From positions 736,001 through 800,000 of the forward strand of contig CAXMWX010000005.1 of the NCBI GenBank assembly GCA_963422205.2: a stretch of DNA of 64,000 nucleotides, read 5' to 3'. This document shows, one piece after another, positions 12,201-24,200 of this stretch (position 1 is its first letter; each line of letters begins with the position of its first letter). Under the pieces are notes generated by a model that searched no databases, was not told where the DNA came from, and was given only the letters and a program-made list of their open reading frames with translations. The position numbers were made by a program, and so were the translations under genes. The stretch comes from Gammaproteobacteria bacterium (GTDB taxonomy: Bacteria > Pseudomonadota > Gammaproteobacteria > Eutrophobiales > Eutrophobiaceae).

Positions 12201-15200
12201 CGGATCCAGGGGGTAGGATTAGAAGTATGCATCCTCCCACCAGCCATTTTCAAAAACGTTTTTGATGCATACAATTTTTCCATAATTTCGTACTTTTTTG
12301 ATAGCGATAAGCTTTACGCTATAACCACGCATAATCGACAATGTGCCAAGAAAATGCAGCATATTTGACGAAGCACTCGAAATTGGGGTCAAAAAATTTA
12401 AACAAAATTTGCCTAAAAATTATTCAAAAAGCACTAAAATAGCCATTACAGCATGTAAGTTTTCCGGGGGAGTATGTCCACGGACCCCTCTAGAGTCTTT
12501 CTGGTTTCTCAATCAGCCTTACATTAGTTTTGCAGAAAAGAAATAAGCTTGAAAAAATAAAGAAACTATGGTTCCTCCTTTTAAAATTAATCGCTACGCC
12601 ACTAATTGTGTGCTTAAATGAAAAATACACAGAACACATGAGATTAAAGGAGAGAATGAAGAAATGGAAGGTAAGAGTTTGATGAAATCGTGACCTCGGC
12701 AGTCAGAGCTACGCACTTAACAAGTTACCACTAGGCCTGCATTCGTTCAAAATATTGTGTTTTTTTCTATTTTTTCAAATTTTCTGCGCAAACCTTTTTT
12801 TGGGGCTCACACGGCCTTCCATACAGCGCACACTAAGCAAGCTCTTAGAGAGAACGTTAGTTACAACCTTCATTTTTTAAACATTTATCTCGACATTATT
12901 TATGATGCAGAAGATTTAGGGTCACAAAAAGTAAACACGAATATAAGCAATTGTCAGCCTATCGATATATTGCTAATAAGAGCACAATCTATTTTGCATC
13001 TGGTAGAAAGCATGCAGAAACTATTTTACAGAATATCGTGCTGTGACAACACAGAGTTTTTTTCTTGAAGTAGTCCTAACTCGCGCATTTGACTGAACGG
13101 GTATATGCAAAAATTGTTACATATTCAAAACCAAAGGGTTACTACGGTACGGTACGGTACGGAATTATTTTCCGAATTATATTCCTCAAAAAACATACCG
13201 CACCGTAATTTCGTACTTCGCAAAAATACCGTACGTAACAGTACGGTACGAAATTATTTCCGTACCGTAATACCGTACCTTTCCGTACCACATTTTTTCA
13301 ACCAATTTACGTCAAGCAAAGTTCAGCAGGAAACTTTTGCCATTGCTACGTCAAAGTTCAGATTTATCGTCCTTTTATTTTAGCTGTTGAACACAACTTT
13401 GCTTTTATAGGCTACAAAACATTATTGGTTATCCTCCATACCAGTAGATAAAAAGCGAAAACTTTGGGGGGGCAGGGCTAGTTTCATAGGCAATGATCGA
13501 GAGGACCCATTTTCGTTTGCCTTTAGGTAACAACCTCTAAAAAAGATCTTCATCGGGCGAGGGGGTGGGGGTGTTTTAGTGCCCCTTCTGGTTGCATACC
13601 TGACGAAATTAACAGTTTTAATGCCTTAATAAATCTATTCAACGTAGCATCGGTATTCAAACATCAGAACAGTAAATCAAAAAATTGTTGCAGCAAAGGC
13701 CCAGGCTACAGGCCTGCAAAAATATGAGGCATCAGGCCTCCAATAAGAAAGCATTGTTCTCTCAAAAAAGGTAGGCTACGTACGCTATTAACTGATCACT
13801 ATTTGTAGATTGGCATTTTGTTTTTTTGCTTTTCTCCTTTTATGATAATTAATTGTTCTTTCCATATATAGGCACAATTTCGTTAATTAAGACTTTACCA
13901 TGAACTGGTTAATTCGTTAAAACAATTTTTAAAGTTAACGGACTAATTCAACTTTTTTTAAATTGTCCATTAACTTAACGTTTATTGCTTGTCAACATCT
14001 GTTCGCGTTTTGTTAATGCTTATTACTTTTTTCATTAACTTTAAGATCAAAAGCCTTGCAAAACATTGTTTGAGCACGAAAGTTTGCTTGCACCAACACT
14101 ATTGATCCAAAAGTTTGGGTTTCGGCCTAAGCCTATCAGAAAAATTGGAAAAAATTCAAAAAAGTCAGTTTAAAGGGGTTGTTCAAAAATTTTAAAGTTT
14201 TCAGATGTCTAATTAAAGGCGTAGCATGAACTTAAAGAGCCGTTTTTAGGCTTCCATTCATAGTCACACCCCTCAATCTTACTAGCAGCAGAATCAACTC
14301 TAATACTAAAATATTTGTTCCCAGTGAAATTCCACGAGCGACCTATGTTAAAAACCAATTGAACAATCTCCTGCCATGCATTACTAACAGAAACTCAACA
14401 GACTACCGGTAATAGACTACGAAAAATATAAGAAATGCCTATTGGCAAGACCATTACGTGAAGGCTTCGATATACGCAGGATTATGATTGAACAATCGAA
14501 TTATAATTATTGCATAACAATTTAACTCGTTCACAATATTGTTGTTTGAAATTGTGAGGGGTCAGGGGTAACTGGTGGTGAGCGACGAACGCAACTAACG
14601 TGGCAAAGTTATAGACAAAAAGGAAAAGTGCAGAAAAAGAAAAGTGCAGTACTTGGAAGCAAAAGTGCAAAGCGTGCATTACTGGAGTACGGAAAGTGTA
14701 CTTTACGGAAAATATAATACCGTATTTCCGTACCGTACCGTACTTTTCCTAAAAATTCCGTACGTAATTCCGTATCGTACTTTTTGCCAAAATTTAACCG
14801 TACCGTAATTCCGTACCGAAACGTACCGTAGTAACTCCTTGATCAAAACTAATTCTAGGGGCTTGTGTAACTCCTATTAATGAAAAATCAGCTCTGTTTG
14901 TAATTTTACGAATGTGGCATAGTGTAAACTTATGTCAGTATTGAAGATTAAATAGGATAAAGCCGTCATACGTACCTTCCAATACCAGAATTCATTTTTT
15001 CAAGAAATTGCTGAAAAGATTCTAGATGTTCATCTCCAAAAGTAACAATTAAAGCAGTTTGAAACATTTTCCTTAGTTCTTCAACCTAAAAAATTTAGTC
15101 AGCAGTAGTCACTTACAAAAAATTCATAAAAATTTGCATTACCAGACCAGACGTCCATTAGCATTAGCATTAACAGAAAAAACACAAAAAATTCATAAAA

Positions 15201-18200
15201 ATTTGCATTACCAGACCAGACGTCCATTAGCATTAGCATTATCATGCATTAGCATTACCAGACCAGATAGGGTGACCAGACGTCCCGTTTTGAACGGGAC
15301 AGTTTCGTATTTTCACCCGATTTTGAGCGTCCCGACTTTTTCTCAGATGTTCCGTTTTTTATTATTTTCGCATTTAGCGTGAGAACATGATTATGTGAGA
15401 ATTAAAAAATAGAATACTTTTTTAAAATAGCAAAAAATTCATATTTCCTGATGTCGTTGGATTTAGATCCTAAAACGTCTTCGTGGAAAAGCTGTTGCAG
15501 CTTTTTAACACGTCCGCTACTACCTGTTGCGGACGTAAGCGTGTTGGAGAGACGAAGAGTAGCGAGAAAAAAACTCCTTGGTGGAACCAAGAAGTTAAAG
15601 AGGCTATTCGAGCAAAAAAAAAGTGGCTTTTAAGGCCTGGCTTTTAAATAAGTCATCAGTTGAACTTCGTTCGCAGTATTCGGAAGCACGTAAGGTGGCA
15701 GCCATAAAAGTTGAACTGTCTAAAAAAAGGGCGTGAAAGGAATTCGGAGAAAGGTTAGACGATGATTTGAAAATAGCAAACAAAGTATTCCGGCAGACCA
15801 TTCGCCGTTTGCGTGAAGAAAGATCTCAATTCTCAAGGTTGAATGGCGGTTTCTTTCTTCATCGAAGGTTGAATGGCGTCACTCTGAAAGATCCAGATGC
15901 TGTTTTGAATCGGTGGAGAGAATACTTTAGTGATCTTTTAAACCCAGTTGATGCTACATCGACACATATTCGTAAGGAAGAGGTTGGGGAAGATATTCAG
16001 ATCACCGAAGCAGATGTAAATGCAGTTATCAAATCATTGAAAACTGGAAAAGCACCTGGTGAGGATGATCAGACCTAAAATGTTAAAAGCAATGAACAAA
16101 GTATGGTGTTCGTTGGTTGACTCGTGTTTGTAAGGTGGCATGTACTGTAGGACTGGCCAAGCACCAAAGCAATGGCAAACCAGTGTGATGATACCTATCC
16201 ACAAGAAAGGAGACAACAGAAAATGCACCAATTATAGGGATATATCTCTCATCAGTGTCCCGGATAAGGTCTATGCCAAATGCCGTGAAAAGAAATGCCA
16301 TGAAATAGTCGAGCCTAAACTAACGGATGCTCAGTGTGTTATCAAAAATACGAGTTATCAAAAAATAACACTTTCTTGGGTTATCAAAAATACGAGGCAA
16401 ATTTGGTAAGACGGTATCTTCTATTGTTACTCTATTGTTGTTGATTTGTCGCACTTTGCTGGCGAAAATCGTATTTACACAGCAGCGCTAGGATTTTTCT
16501 GCTGAACTTATATAACGAATAGAGTTAACATTGCAATATTTGCAATACATTGCAATATTAACATTGCAAGTCTTTTTCATATTTCAGATCAATTTTTAAA
16601 TATATCCTTCCACTTTTTAGTTGATAGCATTGTTTAGCGATGGGCTGGGACAAAGTTGTAACTTGTAATCATAGGCCCACGCAAATGGGGGGGGGGCACG
16701 GTGTCATGACCCCCCTCCCCGTCGTCCTAATAATAAGGTGCTAAAACCTAACTTTCAGTCCATAATGTCTCAAACTAATAATGGTTGCAGCCTCCTTTAA
16801 CTTATTTTAGCCAAGTTTCTGCTTTTAGACATTAGCTGCAAAAATATTTTTGCATTGTCCATAATGACTCTACTCATTACGTGCTCTTGTTCGACAAAAA
16901 AGTGCGCTAAAATATATTGCTTATGTGAAAACCGTAAAAACTCGTTGGCGGCTGGGGGTTTCACCCCCACACTCCGGTCGTGGCCCCACCTTTGCCAAAC
17001 CTTGGGTGCGCCACTGCTTGTAATCATACACTCTTGTCTCAACTCTTTCCACTTTGGACTGTTTCGTACGGTAAGGGATGGTTGATCACGGTTTTTTCAC
17101 TTTTACATTTGTTTGTTTTTAAAATGTCCCGTTTTTTCTTTTAAAATGTCCGGTTTTCGTCATAGTTTAATCTGGTCAGCCTATTACTAGAACAAAACTA
17201 TTGCCAATGCTTGGTTGGTTGTTGGTGCATTTCTCTTCCAAACGATGCCGCCGTAATCACTTACACTTAGTAATATCGATCACACCAGTTTAGCAGAATA
17301 TTTTATTTATCACTTGAATTGATTAATGCTTTGTTAAAAGGGGCTTGAAATTCCGTAATGGAATAAAATGTCCGTAACAGATTTTCATTTTGCTTTCTCT
17401 GTTTCCAGCAATAGTAAAGCCAGTGTCTAGTTGTGGATAGTGTAGAGCCAATGACAAGAGCTATTTGCATTGCATTTTGGCCAGAAACCCAGTGAGCAAA
17501 GAGCTTGTACGACAACCAATCTACCGTACAAATCAAAAACACAGTAAGTCAATTATTTCGCTTGTGAGATTCAGTAGCGTACCCTCGGGAGGGGGGGTTC
17601 GGGGGTCACCCTCTTTCCCTCACCCCCCATTGGCGATTGGAAAAGAAATGAAAACCTCTCTCTCCTTTTGGAACTTTTTGGAACCTCCTTTTTTCATACA
17701 GAGATTGCCGAAATTGCTATCATGTTATTTTGTGCTATCCAACTTGCTTGTAGAATGTCGAGAAACTTTCATTGTGATGCAATAATATCGGTAGTAACAC
17801 TTTTTTGGTGCGTTGCTCTTGTTTTAAACCAATGGCTGACTCAAAATGCAAACCTGGACATAGTGGACAAGGTGAATAGGCACTGTTAAAGCTGAAGTCA
17901 TCTTGTTATGTCATAAAGCGATTGCTCTCAATGGTTATGGCTGGACAAAACAACGTTTCAGCGACATGGCCTAGCAGTACCGAGCGCAGGTGACAGATCC
18001 TACATGACGGATTCGATTCGCGGTTGGAGCCGATCGCATTTGACGTATATAACGGGTGGCTGCTGACTCGAAGAGCGCAAGCTCACTTCGCAGTCTCCCT
18101 CAATTACTGTTGAATTTTCAGTTCAATATAATTTGAAAATAACCTCAGTTATTTATTTTATTATTTTTCAGCACAGAAGGCATTCTAGAAAGAGAATGGT

Positions 18201-21200
18201 TGCAACGCAGGCAGATGTTCCGCTTGCAAAGTCATAATTTTGAGTTGACCGAACCGGCCAGTTGGCGTAGTGGTTAGACACATCGCTATTGGCGCGGGAG
18301 GTTTTGGGTTAGGTTTCTGGGCCGTTAGCTCAGTTGTTAAGCGCATAGGTTATCGGTTCGGAAGATCTGGGGTTCGATTACCGGGGAGGTCAAATCGACA
18401 CAGTGTCGCCAACGGCTCGCCACCGCTGCGTTGTTTCTGTGTTTCTCAGGCGCTAAGTTGCGGGGATGGGCCCCAGTGGCGTACGCACAGGAGGAGGGTT
18501 GGAAGTCAACTCTGCTTGGGCTTGACAATTGCAGAAAAAATGAAACCTTTCTTTTTTGAAACGAATCGACTTTTCGTTGTGCGGAGCTTGCCGAAATTGC
18601 TATCATATTTTTTCTGTTCTGTTCAAATTTTTAATTTGATCTCGAGAAACTTTCATTACGATGCAACAATAGCAGTGGTACAGCTTTTCTGATTCGTTTT
18701 GCTTAAACTGCATTTTTGTCATTGATGCTGCTGTGAAGCAATTAATAAGTAAAAGTTTTCTTTGTGGTGCATCTACAGTAACTATAATGGCTGACTGGTT
18801 GCACACAAAAATTAAAAAAAAATCAAATCAAATCTTCATTATACTCGTTTCATTACACTCGCCGTAGTACCGAAGCGTGGATAACAAGTGGCGGGGCCCG
18901 ACCCCGCGGCTTAGCGCCTGGGCAACACGGTTCCAAACATACGTCGCGACAATCGTGAGCCGTTGGCTACACTGTGTTCAATTTGACCGGCCTGGGAATT
19001 GAACCCCAAACCTTTCGCATCGATAGCGACATCTTTAACACTGGGCTATAACCGGCCGGTTTGTTAAAAAATTATTCAAATAAAAAAAACTAAATTAACA
19101 CTGCCCTAAAAATACTGCCAAGGAAGACCAGACCTACGAAAGATTTGAAGAGACCCAGGGACGAAACGGGGGGAGGAGGCAAAATTGTTTTTACGTACCG
19201 TATACTTGTCTCAGGAGCTGGAGTGCTCTGTGTCCCAGACCGATGCTATCGACGCTGTGATTAGGGTGAAAAATATTCAAATAATATCGACGCTGTTTTT
19301 GATCTTCTTCATATAATTAGGGGTTCCTCTCGCGCGTAATTTATTTGAGTTCAAAAATGTTTCAGTAGGCTGGAAGTTTTTTTTCTTGTTCCACTATCTT
19401 CACTTTTCAAGATACAGTAGTAATGGGAGAAACTATCCCCTTCATAATGAGTGCATATTAAATGTTTATAACAAAATATACAAACTTATGCGTTGTTTAT
19501 ATCAATGTTGGTTGTCGAAAAAGTTTTTTTGGAAGGAAGCAATTGTGTGTTTTACCCCCCATCCTCCCCGGCTACACCCTGTTTGTGGCGTTGCGAAAGC
19601 TAGCCTATTTTAGTCAGTTAACCTTCCTATAGCTCAAACATTAGGTCAACTAAAATTTTTTCTGTAAACATTTAACCACGGCTTGGCAGCGTCACATTCT
19701 GCGAAACCATTTCGCTCCTTAAATAAAGCGCAAAAAATTTAGCAAAAGTATGAATGAAATATCTTGGTTGTTTGCTAAGTTATGGCATGATATAGCATAG
19801 TCATGGTTAACTGCAATTAAGTATTAGTTTAAACCAGAAACATTGCAATCCGAAGCACTTTAATACCTCTGAACTACTGTAATTGTAGTATCTTTACGTT
19901 GTCACGATATGACTTCACTGAACCCCCCTTCCCCCCTCGTACACCACTGTTGAAAAATCCCGCGTACGCCACCGTTGAAATTTTTTCATTCATCGTCGTA
20001 AAAAACTATGCTACACGTTCCCACCAACTTTGGGGACAAAATACCCAAAAACAAAAAAGATAGCCGACGTTACGTCCAAAATGCCATTATTGTCGAGCTT
20101 TGTTAGCGCGATAAAACAAGACAAAGCGCAGTATGTCCAATACAGACTTAATGTAATCTGTCTTTTTTTGCCGCACAGACACAAAACTGTACAGAAGAAT
20201 AGAAGCATTTGAGATTTATTGTCGGCTAAAAAGTTAAGTAAAAAGAATTGGACTTCGAAATTTGCACCAAATAAAGAGTATAAGTAGTTAAGTATTTCCT
20301 AAAAATTTGAACAAAATCCGCCATGAATTGTTCCGCCATGAATTGTATTAATTTAAAAAGTTCAACTCCAAATAGTTTTTTGCCTTTTTCTCAAAACTTC
20401 GTTTTTGGACTTGTGTTTTTGTTTTGCACGGCAGCAATGCTTGGTGTAAATTTCGAGCTAAAACTTTTCGCCCCTTCTCATACCACTACATTAATCTGAC
20501 CTTTTCGATTTTCAAAACGTATTCGTTTTGAATCCACGGTGTAGGGCCGAGTTTATTTTCCAAGTCGATTATAACATAGACGTATTCTTCATTGAAGCCG
20601 TAGCTAATGGCCTGTTGGAGTATATCAACAATAGTCAAATCATCAGCACTGATAAGAAAAACTGCAACAAATAGAAACAACAGTTTGAACGAGAAAGAAA
20701 ATTCAAAAGTGCGCTTAATTACACTCCATAAACTCATGAAAAACTAAAAGTTTGTTTTTTTGCAGTTGTGCAACTGATGATGGCAAAAAGATTTCTATGA
20801 TACATGATCACTCCAACTTTTCAAAGGCAGTGTTTTTTAACTTTTCCAGTTTCTGGAATCCCTATATATTCTTAAAGGTATTGGCTTGGTGGCCTCTTGT
20901 CTGCATATCCTGCAAAAGAGGTGTATGTTCAACACAGTTTCTCTTCTTTTGCGGGGAGCCCGAATTTTTTGCTGAGAATTTTTCACGAGCCACTGATGTA
21001 AAGAAAATATCAAGTTTTTAAAATTAAATAATAAAAACTCACTACAATGTTACCAGCCTAGGCCAATACACGCTTTACGTGAAATATTTTAGACTAATTG
21101 CTGAGGTTACGGTAAAGATTTAAGATTAGAACCTTTGCGTTGAATTTTGATGTGGAAACAAACATTGCTTCTTCCACGAAATTTTAAGCTCATGGCTAGG

Positions 21201-24200
21201 TCTTTCATCAGTGACTCGTGTTTGCTTGGCACTGCAAGCGCTTGATCAAAGCTCCTAAAATACTCATGTTCTGCAAAGTTCTGCATCTCCCCATAAAACG
21301 ACTACAATTTCTCAATATTGTTTTGTTAAGAGCAATCCAAAGCATCATTAGTGACGAGCTATGGTTGGTTTAGCAGTGTTAAATAGTCAAAACAATGATA
21401 TAATCTGGAATGTTATCAATATAAACATTTTAGCAAAGCATCATATCAACTACAAACAAACCCATGTTATTTTGAAAGCCTCCGGCAAATTAGTAAGTAC
21501 CATTTTTCCTAAGTTATCTGCTTGTGAATTAGATTAATCGATTTTAGATCGGAAACTTCGAAAACGATGTAGGCCGGGATGAAGCAAATGCAAAAAACAT
21601 TTTTTTTTTATGATAAATAACTTCCAATTCAATTGAATAAGGTTGAGAATATTTTAATATTTTGATGTATTCGAACTATCACGTTGCACAGACAACTAAT
21701 TTCCCCAATACTGCAAATAAGTTGTAGCAGAAAAATAATTTTAGAGCGAAATGATTTAAGATGCCTGAAGCCAAGATATGATAGCAGTATCCACAAAATA
21801 TTATATCATCACTGCAATTAAACCATGAATAAATATAGTTCTAAAGCTTTCAAATTCACATACAAAAAAAGATGCTTGCAAACGGCTGTTTATACTCACT
21901 TCGACCCTGAGCTTTCAAGGCTTGTAGTAAACCAGCTTCTTTATCCAAATAGGCGGATATTCTTTCCTGTTTTATATCAATGGAGGGAATATTTTTTTTT
22001 AGCGCATTGAATATTCCTTCGGAGATAAAGTAATGATATCTGTAAAATTTTTTGATGAAGGTTTCGCATAAGTCTTGCGCAGAAGAAAATTTTGCTTACC
22101 TGATTCAAACGGTATGTTGGTTTGATGGTAGGCAGTGACGAAAAAGCGTAAGCTATACATTATTTTGATTTGCAATTATAGGTTGCTTACAACTAAGCAA
22201 GGGATTGGTTAAAATACAGTTCTTTGATGTAAGTGCTTGCATTGAAATATTTTGCAACTTTAAGATACACAGTGTAATTACAGAATTTAGTACCGTTGTT
22301 TTGATAAAGTCAAAGAAAATTCTGCTTCTTGATTGTGAAACCATCAACAAGCATGCGATTGCAACGTAAAACGATAAAATATTTCATGTTACATTACTAA
22401 ACAAATAGTTCAGAAATTATTATGACACGGGGGTTTCTTCAAAATTTTGTTATCTTCAGATCAGTAATTTGACGAGTTGCAGTCAAACACTGTCTTGTTT
22501 ACTAGAAGTTACAGCAAAATTTAAATCAATTTTTCTAATATAGAATGGATCAATTTTTGAAATTAAGTCTCTTACTACTGAACCAACAAAAATTTTTCAT
22601 TTGTTTATTAATGTAATCAAGCCCCAAAATTTAAAACCTCAAATACTTTGTCGGCGATAAACATTTTTGACATATCGTTTTATTCAACTTGTCATATTCT
22701 GATAATGTAATCACCTGTTTATCTATAACACCAAAGAACAGACTGGAATTTTTGTGACAAAAGATTAACTTCGGAAGAAGTAAAAAGACGAGTGCAATCA
22801 GTAAAAGCTAATGACGTAGCTAGCAACAGATTTGTTTTCGACTGATTGTCCCAGGCATACATTTGGTTTGCAGCGTCACTGATACCGTTACTCAAAACTT
22901 ACTAGCTTTTAGTACACTGCAAAGATTTTAACATGTTGCAATGTTGCATGCACTTTGCTTAGACTTATAGATTGGATGGAGTGTCGTACAAGGGAACTTG
23001 GTGTAGGACTATATGTTTGTTGCATTGAGTACATACTCTAATTATATGCTTTACTGACTAATCTCTCATAAGAACTATCCAAAATGATAGCACATTGATT
23101 TTTAAAAGACTCATGTAGTGATGTATGTCTAGTGATTTGAAACTACGTTGTGTTGATGGCAATACATTTTCTACGTGGTACAAGTCCATAAAATATAATA
23201 GATTTTTTATGGACATTTTTAAGAACACAGTGCAGTCGTTTTTTTGTAGTGATTAAACTGTAGTTTTAAAGTAAAACTGCAGCATACTTTTCATCTTTGT
23301 CATCGTCATAGAGGTCAACTGCTCTTCTTGTCCAGTTGTAATATTTCATAATTGAAAGCACGCATTTTCCTACTACTTTAGCTGCTGGTCCGTTTCGTAC
23401 CACTGTGTTGTTAGTTCTTTCTTCTTCAATTTCAGTCTGTGATGTTTGAATAATTGATTGGTGGTACAGAATTTCAAAATAGCTTTGAAAAAGGCAATTT
23501 TCACATTCGGCTTGAGGAAATACTCTATCATAACTCTTTTTGACGCGATCACCCACTGATGAGTGCGTCACGAAAAATTTATGGGATAAACAGCTTTATT
23601 CAAAGCTACCTATAACTCTAAAGAGTTATGATAGAGTATTTCCTGAAGCCGAATGTGAATACAGCTTTTTTCAATGCTATTTTGAAATTATGTGATGTTT
23701 CATGGATCACACGCAATCAAGAGTTTGTAAAAAAATCGCAACTACGTAATACGAGTCTAAGCTGATATTGTTTCAAAGAAACTTAATTTCAAAAAACAGT
23801 TAAAAAATTATATTTGTCTTACGGTTTTACTTTCATGTTTTCTGCAATTAAGTGGGTAATGACATATGTAAAAGAAATACGGATAAAACCATCGGTACTG
23901 CTAGAATTTTTCACACCTTTTAAGGAATATTTTTGCAATTAACTGTCGGTAATCAAATTCCTTAAAAATACTCAACGCGAATAGAACAAAGCACAACATC
24001 CAGTATTGGAGCACTAATTCAAGTTTCGCAGGATTTTTCGTCATATATCAGCCATTTTCTACATTAATTTTCAATAAAGCCACAGTACAGTATATAAAGA
24101 AAGTGCTAACTTTGCCGAAATACGCTATTGCGGAACTTATCGGATCAATCTTCAGCTTTTTGTCCAAATATTTGATATTATTGACCACGATCTACTAATT

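Larger units (their letters stand above)
17572..19974. mobile_element. hAT-type composite element carrying SINEs; inverted paralogue of 53090-54742
   Basis: Ends CAGTAGCGTAC / GCGTACGCCACCG; internal modules are collinear with the reverse complement of 53090-54441. Confidence 0.7.

Noticed and set aside
21961-22000. Possible frameshift at the A9 run in exon 4
   Set aside because: A recount shows the frame stays open ([14 protein letters not shown]).
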